Below, piece after piece: positions 1-11,255 of a stretch of DNA of 36,292 nucleotides. Origin of the DNA: Macrostomum lignano (lineage: Eukaryota). A program made the position numbers and the translations under genes. How positions within the stretch are numbered: position 1 is the first letter of the stretch; each line of letters begins with the position of its first letter. A model generated the notes under the pieces. It did no database searches. It was not told where the DNA came from and saw only the letters and a program-made list of their open reading frames with translations. The DNA lies in NCBI GenBank assembly GCA_002269645.1, contig NIVC01000357.1, positions 1 to 36,292 of the forward strand. The letters run 5' to 3'.

Positions 1-408
1 AGATAGCCAGCCTCAGTCTAGCCAGAGACTGGTGCTGGCCTCAGGCGCCAGATTGACAACAACATCGACTCCGCCGTCTGGCTGTTGTCGAGTTGTCACC
101 GAGGCGCCGCGACCAGCTTCGCCAACACCGCCAAGGACTTGTTCCATGATTTGAGCAATCTGGTTTGGCAGAGCGTGAAGATCTGGATGGTGATGATGGT
201 GATGATGCTGCTGAGACTGTTGCTGCTGAGACTGCTGCTGCTGCGGCTGTGGCATCCGTCGAACCAGGTGAACGACTTTTCCAGCGCAGCCTTGATCGAT
301 TAATTTGGCGTCATTTTGCAGCACCCGGCCTTGAAATATGAGCCGCTGCTCCTCGCTGGGAATGCGCATCGCCTCGGCTAAGATGGCTTTGAATTGGCCA
401 ACCGTTGT
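1..408 (-). CDS. BAG6: BAG6/BAT3/Scythe-like protein, internal exon (ubiquitin-like domain plus Q/H-rich linker); runs off the window start
   Basis: Acceptor CCTAACTGCAG|ACA at 409-410 opens TTVGQFKAILAEAMRIPSEEQRLIFQGRVLQNDAKLIDQGCAGKVVHLVRR, matching the BAG6 UBL pattern (IPSEKQRLIYQGRVLQDDKKL...GKVIHLV). Downstream PDGGVDVVVNL resembles the BAG6 DGSAVDVHIN segment. The frame hits TGA at 13-15; a shifted frame near 35 reads QSLARLRLAI. Confidence 0.8.
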
Positions 409-447
409 CTGCAGTTAGGTGTGAAGAGTCAACTGGGTTGTCTCCCT

Positions 448-620
448 TATGTCACTAAAATTTCATTCTGAGATATATCACTAAAATCTCATCTTGAGAT
501 ATTTCACTAAAATCGCACCCCGAGATATGGCGCTAAAATCTCACCTTAAGATATGTCATCACTAAAATCTCATCTTGAGATATATCGCTAAAATCGCATT
601 ATGAGATATGTCACTAAAAT
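448..620. repeat. Degenerate 26-bp minisatellite, about 6.5 copies (GAGATATATCACTAAAATCTCATCTT)
   Basis: Unit starts at 470, 496, 522, 548, 577 and 603; one unit is 29 bp. Confidence 0.85.
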
Positions 621-1003
621 GACACAAGCGCTAGATATTCCAGGGATAAAGATTTATATAATCGCTTTGCACTAATCATAGTCTGTGATAGCTACAATTT
701 CCATAAGCATGCCTAACACGGGGAATTTTTGCTTGCTTGCAACTATTGCAATAGAAGAGTAAACAAACAGCTGACAGGTTAGTTAAATTTGTTTACTCTC
801 TAATGATGGCTCCTTTAAGAGGTTATGCAAGTAGCTTATTCAGCTATGCACTAACCATGACCAACTCTGATTAACTTGCGAATTTACCAGCCCAACTCCC
901 TGGAATTACTGTAAATAGTTTAGATGAATAACCCTGATCTATAAATAGTTAAGACCAATGAAATATTAAAAATTATTATTGAAATTACTTACCTCAACAG
1001 CAA

Positions 1004-1073
1004 CCTCATAGTCACAGTTGGCCCCATCAAGTGTTTTACCTCATAGTCACAGTTGGCCCCATCAAGTGTTTTA
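1004..1073. repeat. Perfect 35-bp tandem duplication
   Basis: CCTCATAGTCACAGTTGGCCCCATCAAGTGTTTTA occurs twice, head to tail. Confidence 0.9.
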
Positions 1074-1903
1074 ACAGTTATTGTAATAGCATTTCTGGAA
1101 TATGAACATAATAAAATATAAATATTAGCATCAGCACCCAATTATAGATATATTTAATTAATTATATGAACATTATATTCAAGAGGCCTGATAGAATAAG
1201 CCCCAATACACAAAGGTTGGAGTCAATTCATCTCAAAACTTTATTTAGACCATTTAATCCAGTTTTGTTTTACCTTATCAGTTAATTCAAAATAAAATAT
1301 ATACACTTCAGTTAAAAGTAGAATAATTTGTGCAACTTTTTAATTTCTCTATTTGTCTTAGTCAAATCCCTTGTCAATCTATGATTTTGCTTATAATAAT
1401 TTCATTTTTCTTTCAATTCGCTATATCATTTTTTCACATTATTATGCATTAGAATTTTATGTTCACTAACCATTGCTTGATGATAATTTTAAATAAAAAC
1501 AGTAAATATATAGAAATTAAATATAGTAAAGTTAAATAAAAAGTCATATCTAACAACTGAAACTATAGATGCAATCTCTTTAATATAATAAATTTTCAAT
1601 TCTAATTCATCAAAAATTACTTTGAAATTAACCTAGAATTCAAATAAAAACATTTTACAAAAATACTAAGCTTTTATAAAAAAAATTTTGTTTTACTTTC
1701 AATAATATGGATAAATCAATAATACTATAGGTAACTTTGCAATTATATCCAATAAATTCTAAACTATAAATATTGTAATTAGGAAAATATGTTATACTAA
1801 TTCATCTACAAATTCAATGGCTATTGAACAAAGATGACAAATATTTATGTCAAAGTTTTTCAATAAGTATTTTCTATAATAAAAACATAACAGTTTTTAT
1901 TAT

Positions 1904-2359
1904 CCCATAGTCTGGAAAGTGGCCTTTATGCTAGAATTTTCTGGTGTATTTTTGCTCTTGTTGACAATCTTGGCACTTGGTGTATAGAATTTTCACGTTC
2001 AACATGAAGTGTACATAGTCAGCATACAAAAAATAGCCAAGTTCAAGGCTAATGTAATTGTGTAGTTAAATATCAACCAATGGTGAAAGCTCTTTAAAAA
2101 TATTTGGAAACTAAAATAGAAAATATTAATGCAATCACAAGAAAGTCAAAATTAAAACAAAGAATATCAGTTTTTAGCAAAAAAATAGCCATTTTAAAGT
2201 TAAGTTAAAGTTTTAAATTCTTAAAAATAAATATTCTTTAAAAATGGCATATTAACAATTTTAGTCTTGGTGTAAAAAAATTTAATTTTACATTGGCATA
2301 AAATTGAAAAAACATGAATTTTCATTCTAGAATATATCTGCCATGATCCGGACTATGGT
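1904..2359. mobile_element. Degenerate MITE-like element
   Basis: Imperfect inverted ends CCCATAGTCTGGAAAGTGGC (1904) and GCCATGATCCGGACTATGGT (2340-2359). ATTAT lies on both flanks but is low complexity. Confidence 0.4.
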
Positions 2360-2552
2360 ATTATCCTAATGAAAGCTTAGTAATATTGATATATATTTGC
2401 AATAATTTTTTCTTTTATGGACATTTTTTATTCTAATTCTAGTTTATATTAGCTATATATTCTATGCAATTGCATTGCAAAGTTATCATTTGCATCTTGC
2501 AAAGTATATTTTTTACTAAAATTTGCCTTTAATATGCATATTAGAAAGTCAG

Positions 2553-3132
2553 AGTCCAGATCATGTAGTAGTGTATGCTGGAACATGAATCTTATTTCTA
2601 CTAAATGTATGCCAATGTACACTAAAAGCAAAAATTTCCCTAAAATGTATGCCAAAAACTCTACCTATCTTTTGGTTTTCATGAGTAGTTTTCTAAGAAA
2701 GGCTTTTGTATGATAAGACTTTTTTAAAATAGGACAAATATTTTCAGTTTAAACAAACTTAGATTAAACCTACAGAAATAATAATGCAAAATTTACATTT
2801 TAGTAACCATTTATACTAATTTCATTTATTTTTAATTTTAAAGAAGCAAAAAGTTTATTGCTAACTTTTTAGACTATACAAATTTTCCATTATTTTACAT
2901 AAGAATGTTAATTTACATTACAATTTTCATGCACAGCATGAATTTATTTACCAAAATTGGTATGCCAAAGAAATGGCATCAATTTGTGCGCCAAAATTTG
3001 TATGTCAAAAAATGCATGAATTTATATGCCAAAATTTGTATGCCAACTTTGGAAGGGGTCATTTGTCCACCAACTTTGGAAGGGGTCATTTGTATGCCAA
3101 AATGTTCCAACATACATATAACCTTCTGGAGT
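2553..3132. mobile_element. Second degenerate TIR element with internal TATGCCAA motifs and a 27-bp tandem duplication
   Basis: TATGCTGGAACAT (about 2575) is inverted to ATGTTCCAACATA (3101-3113). The left end AGTCCAGATCATG resembles the terminus of the 1904-2359 element. CCAACTTTGGAAGGGGTCATTTGT occurs twice at about 3043-3093. Confidence 0.3.
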
Positions 3133-3650
3133 TTGGTTAGAAAGTAAGAGGACTCTTACTAAAGTCATTATTGTTACAATTGAACTATTTTCTGATATTT
3201 ATATTGACTTTGTCATTATCTAGCTAATGTCTTTTTCAAAAATAAATTATAATATAATGATTCATTCAGAGTTAACTTTTTTTATTTATAGGCCCCTATC
3301 AAGACAAAAAACTATTCTAATTCATTTTGAAATATAATAGCTATTGTATAAGAATAACAAGAAAAAAACAAATAAGAACTGAATAAGCATAGACCTATTA
3401 TAGCAAGCAAAGTGGTAGAAACAAGATTTTATAAAAGTATACTTTTGTTCTTACTTAATAATAAGTTGAATTTTATCTAAATATTCCTCAATGTTTTATG
3501 TGCACAATTCAATTATATTTGAATACTTACTTATGGTGCTTATATAATGCTACAATGCAATGTACAATTAATTTCATTGGAATAGTCATTATTGCTATAA
3601 AGAACACTTGTATATATGGAATATGGATTAATAGTCATTTCACATAGATT

Positions 3651-4098
3651 GGCAAACTCCTAGTTTGCTACATTAAACTATTTTTACATTTAAAACCTTT
3701 TAAAAGTTAAAATGGCACGCGTGGAAGTTAAAATGACAGAGCTAAAAGTTTTAATAATAATGGGCAACCCAGTAGAGGAAGTTGCCAAATGTTTTCTCTG
3801 GGAAGAGCAGAGGCAGCGCCAGAGATATTTGTTCAGGTGAGTCTCAAATAGTGCATCACTTGTGCCATGCATTCTCCAGAACTTGTCCTTTACTTGTGCC
3901 CACGATCCCTCAATGGTATTAGTGTGCAGGGTGGGATCATTGGGGTCCACAAAGTGCAAGCAGTAGAGGCCTTAAATTGGCATTGGGTACAATTATTGTG
4001 GGTGCCCTAGGTCACCCAGCCATTGTAGAGTCACCAATTAGGCTGAAATGTGAAGATACATTGTAAAATAATTTAACGCAGCAAACTAGGAGTTTGCC
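3651..4098 (-). mobile_element. Merlin (IS1595/ISXO2-like) DNA transposon, non-autonomous deletion derivative
   Basis: 19-bp perfect TIR GGCAAACTCCTAGTTTGCT at 3651-3669 and 4080-4098, extending imperfectly to about 40 bp and starting with the Merlin GGNRM consensus. Internal transposase C-terminus HFVDP...HTNTIEGSWAQVKDKFWRMHGTS...HLNKYLWR, then frameshifted FGNFLYWVAHYY*. Flanks CATAGATT and C--AGATT may be a degraded 8-bp TSD. Confidence 0.85.
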
Positions 4099-4930
4099 CA
4101 GATTTATTGGCCTAGCCTAGCTTGACGGCCACTCTAATCTAGCACTCTGCTACTCTTGTGTTTTGTGGTTGTTTTGTCTACTTTTATAAAAATACAATAA
4201 TCATTTTGACCACAACAAAATATTAAATACAATGTTAGTAATAATGTGTATAAAATAAGATAGTGATAGGCCTAATAGATAATGAAATCATTTCTTAATA
4301 ATAGTATAGGCCCAGTAACAACTAGGCCCTACTACTATCTATGCTGATGAGTGACGATAGATTTAGAGTATGGCATTTATGACATTGAGCATATATCTAA
4401 TAAACCAGCACCGCACCATCAAAAAACCCTAGAGAGACAAAGTACAAAACAATGATCCTGTCAAAACTGCAACTAGGCTAGGCATAATTTATCAACATAA
4501 ACTTAAAGAAGTCCCAACAATTTTATACGCATTTTCATACAATAGCTTGTTTTTATTTAGTAAAAAAAATATCCATAATATAGATTAGCAGTAAATAAGA
4601 TGAAATTAATCATACAATTATAAAATTTGGATTTGGAAGATATAGTTTCGTCCAGAAAGCCACACATTGACCATTTGACGTCATCACTCGCTGTTGACGA
4701 AATTAAATTATGCGCGATCTTTTTTGGAAACTGATGACTGATTACAACAATTTTTGCATAGTTGATACATTTTTTCATTTTTTAAATGCGATTATTTAAA
4801 AAATATGAGTAAATTAAACTGTTTTAATCAGGCTAAGTTTCCAGAATTTGTTTGAAGCTATTGTGGACGCTACTGTGTTTCTCTCTGGCTTACAGTCAAG
4901 GTTTTATCGTCAGTTTCATGTTGACATTAT

Positions 4931-5300
4931 CAGCGGTGTCGGGACATATTTCAAAGTGGGGGGGCTATTGGTGGGAGGGCACATTGCACATTATTTCTTT
5001 TAATTTAAGGGCACCCTGACCGTAACTCCTGCTGTTATGTCAGTTTGTGACATTATTGTGACAACCAGGCCAATATTCACTTCTGTGTTTGTGGCAAAAA
5101 GTCTGAAAAATGTTCGAATTTTCAACTAATTCAAACATTGCACAACTGCACAGCACTATCAATTTATTTAGTAAATATCTCAAATGAATGAAAATTGCCA
5201 GGGCAAGACCAATATAATTTTCTGTATCTCTTGGCTGCCTCCTTCAGTTCCTCTTGGCGCTGTCTCTTTATTCTTTTATCTGACGGCATTTTAGTGCTTT
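4931..5300. mobile_element. Possible hAT-type terminus and basic transposase N-terminal remnant
   Basis: CAGCGGTGTCGGGACATATTTCAAAGTGGGGGGGGC resembles hAT termini. The minus strand near 5290 reads MPSDKRIKRQRQEELKEAAKRYRKL. No matching TSD found. Confidence 0.3.
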
Positions 5301-5394
5301 TAGTTGCAGCGCCAGCAGCGGTTTAAGTCTTGGGTTTGCGGCGGACTCGGAATTTCGATCAGAGATGCAAAAGTTAAAGGGCTAAATACTAAAA

Positions 5395-6129
5395 CAAGGG
5401 TCCGCAATCTCCGGCCTGAGGGCCAAATGTGGCCCACAAAGCCTCTCTATCTGGCCCTTGGGTCGTTTGAATCTTCACAATAGCAATCCGGCCTGCTCGA
5501 TGTTTTTGTCTCTTCTCAGCTCTCTTTTCTCACCTCTCTCTTCTCATACTCTCCTCCTCTCCTCTTCCTCTCCTCTCCTATCCACTACTCTCCTCTCCCC
5601 TCCTGTCCTCTCCTCTCCTCTCCTCTCCTCACATCTCCTCTCCTCTCCTCTCTCCTTTCCTCTCATCTCCTCACCTCTCCTCACTTCTCTTCACTCCTCC
5701 TATTTCCTCACCTCTCTCTCTCCTCTCATCTCCTCATCTCCTCACCTCTCCTCACTCCTCTCCTCTCATCTCCTCACGTCTCCTCACCTCTCTCCTCTCC
5801 TCTCATCTCCCGTTTCCTCTCCATTCTCTTCACCCTTCTCTCTCTCCTCTCCTTCTCTCCTCTCTCTTATATTTCGACTCTCCTTTCCTCATTCATCTCC
5901 CCTGTCTTCTCTCCTCTCCTTTTTTATCTCTCTTCTATTTTATTCCTTCGCCTCTCCCTTCTCCTGCGCTCGCATTTCTCTTCTCTATTCCCCATTCTCT
6001 CTCCCTATAGCCCGCAGTCATCAGGGACTCCTGGGCGCGCGTTTCGCTTAGGGGGCCAGCAAGGCGGACCCAGAAGGGCAGTCTGGGCCCTCAATCTGGC
6101 CCTTGAGGTAAAAAGTTTGCTGACCCCTG
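5395..6129. mobile_element. hAT (Charlie-like) non-autonomous element with internal CT-rich expansion
   Basis: TIRs CAAGGGTCCGCAATCT and (reverse complement) CAGGGGTCAGCAAACT match 13/16. Subterminal GGCCC motifs at both ends. 8-bp TSD TACTAAAA (5387-5394) and CACTAAAA (6130-6137) match 7/8. Confidence 0.85.
5516..6005 (+). repeat. Polypyrimidine (CTCCT/CTCT/CTCA) low-complexity tract
   Basis: About 490 bp almost entirely C/T on the plus strand. Confidence 0.95.
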
Positions 6130-7871
6130 CACTAAAAGCACTATAGGCTTCAAGGCACATTAGATGAACCACTGTATTGAATGGGATTGAGAACACAGGA
6201 TATAGGAGCCATATGTGGCACACACTACACACTACATTTAAAAGGATATAAAAGATAGATATGTGCTACTCAGGGGTTAACTTCTCTCCAAGAGTAGCTA
6301 GCTCAATGCTTATCGTTTTTTTGCCAGCGGTTTCATAACGGAGAGCGGGAATGAGCATTCTGGGTGATATTTTGTGTCGAATATATTGAGCAAAGAGAGT
6401 GAGAGCCCCGCATTGAATGTAATTTAAAGGTAGCTGTTATTCGGAAAGCAATGCTTTGATAGATTTTTCGTCAATAGTGTGTATGTAGTGTATGTGATAC
6501 TACAGTAAATGCTCAGCGATGATGATCACTGAAACACCTGAGGTCAAAATTAGGAAATTTTCGAAGTTAAGATCAATCCTTGACTCTTACACGTATCACG
6601 GTTGAAAAAAAAGTTTTGTTTCTTCAAATCAAACTTACGCAGGCAGACGCATTTAATGGCTAATCATAAATTAGGGCACAGAAAGATGTATGACAGTAGA
6701 ATAACCAGATAAAGGCATCGAATTCGCACTGTAAACTGTAAGGAAACAAAAGCAAATAATTTTAATTAGAACATCAATCCAGGTTTAAAGAAGTTCAGCT
6801 TCACAAGGAGCTACAGTATGCATAGGCGACAGGAATGCACACAGAAGAGAGTGATATCGCGCTTTGGAGTGTTGCAATTAAGCAAAATCTGAACTGGTTG
6901 CACTGTCTTCCAGAAAACACGATGGTTGCAAACTCAAGGTTAAATATTGCTGCTCAATTGGTGAAAAAATTCTCACTTTTTTCTTTCACATGCTGATTAT
7001 TGTTTTCCTATTTGTCCTACTAGCGAAGCGAGCAACTTTACTTTAAATAGCTTATATTGTTGCTAAAGTTAAAATACTTCATGGATTGGCTTTTATGTCA
7101 ATGATATCTCGCTTTGAATCGTGACTTCTCTTTGAACCCGTTCATCAGAGAGGACCTAAAAAAGTGATCGGCTTAGTTTTGATGTTAAATCTTGATCAAC
7201 TTTATCTACTAGCGTACTCAAGTTTTAGCCATTTAACATAAAATAAATCTTTATAACGCTCTTAGAATAATTATTAAACTGTTCGATTCGACCCTGTTTA
7301 CATTTTTTCTATCGTTCTCTACGAGCTAGTTCACGGCGATCCCCCGCACCGGTAGCGAGAAAAAAAATTGTTTTCAACCGCGAGCCTTAAAGAACAAATG
7401 CTTTCTTTCCTCGTGATGCGCCAAACGGATTGCGGCAAGGAAGTTTGGGGAATTCCCAATCGGAAAGTTCAGTGCAGCGTTAGAGGACGAAAAACACAGG
7501 GCTGACGGAAGCGGTTCAACAGCGAACAGTTCGTCAGCTAAGCGGACAAACATGTTTACCGGTAGCGAACGGGGACTCTGAAAGTTCGTGGTGCACACCT
7601 ATCTGAGGGTGCTGCTGGATTCTTCATCTGAATACGTCAGAACTTTTACAGAACTGGATACCTTCAACCAACAACTGCCAATCGGATTCTCCACTTCCCT
7701 GGGCCAATCTTGACCAGCCCAGCCGCAGTCAAAACACTTTGGTGCCGGGGGTTCCCCAGCCCATTCCGAACTGCCGACGTCAACATAATTCGAACTCTTA
7801 CGAAGGTCGAACAAAACTAAGGTGCAAAACAGATCGATGCATCGCCTAAGAGTTCGAAAAACAACTCCAGT

Positions 7872-7880
7872 CTATATATA
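7872..7880 (+). promoter_or_regulatory. Possible TATA box of the P450 gene
   Basis: CTATATATA about 95 nt upstream of the ATG at 7974. Confidence 0.3.
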
Positions 7881-7973
7881 CGATACAGGTGAAGGCCTGT
7901 CCAGCAACAAATCTCCAAGGAGCTCATTCAGCGCTAGAAAGCTTTACTGCCAAGCTAGCTCGAATACCCCAGC

Positions 7974-9567
7974 ATGAACTTCATCAAGGATTCGATCTTC
8001 GGACGGCCGAACGAGCCGGAGAAGCTCAAGAAGAAGATCCCGGGGCCCGGAGTGCCGATTCTGGGCGACCTGCCGACCGCCACCAAGTGGACGCTGGCGA
8101 ACCCGGGCAAGCTGCCGATGCACCGCACCCTGGAGCTGCACGGCCAGTTCGGCCCGGTCTACTCCTTCGGCGTCGGCTCGGCCACCTTCGTGATCGTCGG
8201 CGACCCGGCCATGTTCCGCCAGGTGCTCACTCACGAGGACTTTCAGGAGCACATCAACCTGCCATTCCTCAAGACCTTCGGCGCCCGCAAAGGAATATTC
8301 ATGGCCGACTACGAGCGCTGGAAGGTGCACCGCCGTTTCAGCCATCGCATCCTGCGAGACCTGGGCTTCGGCAAGATTCAGATGCAGGTGAGAGACGCAG
8401 CTGATCATGGTTGAGTTCAGGTACAGCCCATTCAATCATTCAGGCATTCAAAATCAAGCACTGTTACTCCCCTCTCCCCCCAATCAGGACAACATCCTCC
8501 GTGAGGCAACTCACCTGGTGGACGATCTCCGGTCGCGCTGCTCGGAGCCGGTGGAGACGCGCGCCGCCATGTCCTGCGCCGTGTCCAATGTCATCAACCA
8601 GCTGGTGTTCGGCAAGCGGTTCGACTACAGCGAGCCGGAGTTCGCCAGGCAGCTAGACAACGCCCGCATGGTCACCAACATCAGCCTGACTCTCGTGTTC
8701 TTCCCCATGATGTTCCCCTGGCTGGAGGGCCACCCGGACGTCATGAAGGCCTTGCCGGGCTCCGCCAGCTTCGCCGAGGGTTACGCCTTCATCAAGGCCT
8801 TCTGCAAGCGCGAGATCGCCTGGCACAAGGAGAAGCTTGACTTCAACAATAACGAGGCCGACCAGCCAGAGGACTTCATCACCGCATTCCTCCGCGAGCA
8901 GGCGCGCCAGGACCCCGACTCGGAGCACTACTTCACTGACGACGATCTGTGCGACATTGTGGCCGACTTCTTCGTGGCCGGCACCGACACCACGGCCGTG
9001 GCGCTCACCTGGGCCGCCCTGCTGCTGGCCAAGCACCAGGACGTGCAGGACAAAGTCCGCGCCGAACTCTTCCACCTCGGCGACGCCATCCTGGAGAAGC
9101 AGGCCGGCCTGCACTACACCCGCGCCTTCTGGGACGAGGTGCTGCGTTACTGCATGCTGGTGCCCATCAACATGCGCCACTCCGTCCACGAGACCAGCAT
9201 CGGCGGCTACCGCATCCCGGCCGACACGGTGGTCGGCGCCAACGCCTACGCTGTGTCGCGCAATGCCGAGCTCTTCCCCGAGCCGGAGACATTCCGGCCG
9301 GCGCGGTTCCTGGACGCCGAAGGCTGCTACTGCCGCAGCCCATCCATGGAAGGCCTCGTGTTCGGCGCCGGCAAGCGGGGCTGCATGGGCGAGAGCCTCG
9401 CCCGCATGGAGATGCTGGTCTTCCTGGCCAGCCTGGTGCAGAACTTCCAGCTGGAGCTGCCGGAAAAGGAACGCTCGAGGCTCATCGAGATCTTCATCGG
9501 CGAGGACGGCGCGGTGCACCAGCCGAAGCAGCACCGGATTCTGTTCACCGAGCTGCACATGGACTGA
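7974..9567 (+). CDS. Cytochrome P450 (CYP2-clan-like), exons 7974-8387 and 8488-9567, 497 aa
   Basis: PGP hinge (IPGPGVPILGDL), C-helix WKVHR, I-helix AGTDTT, K-helix EVLR, PERF-like RPARF and heme motif FGAGKRGCMG. A 100-nt phase-0 intron (CAG|GTGAGA...CAATCAG|GAC) joins the two ORFs in frame. AATAAA at 9768-9773. Confidence 0.96.
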
Positions 9568-10149
9568 GCCTTATTACCCTTGACAATTGCCTCTACTTGT
9601 CTGCTAGTGCCGGTTCTATTTTTGTTCCACGTTTCTCTGGTCTGCAGATTCCCAAGTGTAATTGAATGGCCTATTAGTACAAAAAACTATTTTTCTCCCC
9701 TGGAAATCCCTTACCACGAAGGAATTTTTTGGTTGTTCACCTCTCGTGTACAAAGTTTGCATCTAAAAATAAAAACGCACTGCGCTCGTACAGAAGCGCA
9801 ATTGCAAGATACGGCAGTCGGATTCAATACTCATCATTTGTCCTGGCAGTTGTAAAGAACGTCTTTCGGTCGAGGCACCGCCAGAGAAACGAGTCTTAAA
9901 GCCTTGTTCACGGCAATGGGGTATTCAAATATTAAGCCTGGGCGTTGGAGCAACCAATTTAATATAGCTTTTTGCAATGGGCTTACGGGCATTGAAATTA
10001 ATCCAAGATTTAAGTCAATGTAACGGGGCTTTTGTCTATGGTAGCAAGCCATGGTACAGCACCATTTAATTTGGTCCAAAAAACAGTAATTTGATTCATA
10101 GCTTCATTTGCAACAGCTGTGGTGGAGCAAGATCAGCCCCAGAATTGTG

Positions 10150-10700
10150 GACCATATGCTAGGCTGTCAAACGAATGCTATTGACTTGTGCTCGAAGAGC
10201 TCGATAGAGGTGAACACCCAAATGACATTGCAAGGTTGCTGAATGTAAAAAAATGGTTTACAGCATCCATCACCGCTTTGAAACTCTACCGGCAGAGATT
10301 TCCTGCGAAAGGGTGGCAATCGCCAAGGCAAGTTGCTCGAGAGCCTCAAGTCCAACTGGCTACTCGATGCAGTTGAGACGAACCCTTTGTTGACGGTGCA
10401 AAAAAATGCAGCAGAATTTGTAGGAACAGTTCCAGTTGGTTATCAGATTTCGACCATCAGCAGAGCTCTGGAAAAGAGACTAAAATTTGTTGGTAGGATG
10501 CTGACATTCCAGCGGTACGCAACAACCCACAGACGGTTGCGAAGGCAGGAGCGTTTGAACCAAGTTGATGCTTGTTGGACCAAATTAAATGCCACTGTGC
10601 CAGCCTTGCTACCATAGACGAAAGCACCGTTACATTGGCAAACGTGTCTTGGATTAAATTCAATGCGCGTAGGCTCAAATGGACTGCAGAAAGCTATAAA
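10150..10700 (+). mobile_element. Degenerate IS630/Tc1-mariner superfamily transposase remnant
   Basis: Across shifting frames: LEELDRGEHPNDIARLLNV (HTH), VYSIHHRFET, RKGGNRQGKL, WLLDAVETNPLLT...ISTISRALEKRLKF (second HTH) and IDES (first catalytic Asp). Several frameshifts and stops; no TIRs found. Confidence 0.65.
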
Positions 10701-11236
10701 TACCAATATTGGCTCTTTGTGTTAGCTTGGTACACTTTGGTTTTAACCATAGGTCAATTGGCATGGAAAACAGTCCATCGCCTCGGAGTACTTGTACAAA
10801 GAGCAACATGAAGGAATTGAACGATTTAAGCTAATTACAACTAAAAAAATTCAGAAAGCTACAAACTCACTTATTGCATGGCAGCTGCTTGGGCTGATGA
10901 AACTAATCCTGGTCTGATGGTGAAGAATTACGAAGGAATGAGTTGGCTGTTGACTTGTAAGAGATGCCTCTGGTGGCTTCTAACGCCAAGGAAACTGCTC
11001 CTCTGTGTTAGCATTGTGATGAACTTTTATTTAACTAACAAATGCACTTTATTTACAAGCCGTTCATGGCTGCAAATGTCAATGGATATTTAGTTCGTGA
11101 GCATAGCTCGTACTGTACGAAAAGAGCCACGAAATATAATGAAAGAGTAAAAATGTCTGTTGAGATGAGCTACATGTAAAAATCTGATACTCAAAATAAT
11201 TAAAGGACTGGAAATCATTTCTAAGAAAACCAACAC

Positions 11237-11255
11237 TGGCGACGAGGATGGGATT
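11237..11255 (+). promoter_or_regulatory. Primer binding site complementary to tRNA-Ser(GCT) 3' end
   Basis: TGGCGACGAGGATGGGATT is the reverse complement of AATCCCATCCTCGTCGCCA, the animal tRNA-Ser(GCT) 3' end as I recall it. It lies 1 nt after the 5' LTR. Confidence 0.85.

Noticed and set aside
5458-6051. 197-aa Ser/Leu/Pro-rich ORF
   Set aside because: Translation of the CT tract inside a hAT MITE.
4931-6164. A single outer hAT element enclosing the MITE (CAGCGGTG...ACCACTG)
   Set aside because: The ends match over only about 6 bp and the 8-bp flanks (GACATTAT and TATTGAAT) differ.
7374-7814. Two contiguous same-frame minus-strand ORFs separated by one TAG (possible readthrough, or BAG6 exon 1)
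   Set aside because: No recognisable domain or UBL strand; plausible by chance at this base composition.
7889-9665. Long overlapping and antisense ORFs over the P450
   Set aside because: Expected shadow ORFs of GC-rich coding sequence; no motifs recognised.
9600-10080. Minus-strand CKLC...KIP motif suggesting a Helitron-associated protein
   Set aside because: Too short, interrupted by stops, and overlaps the probable P450 3' UTR.
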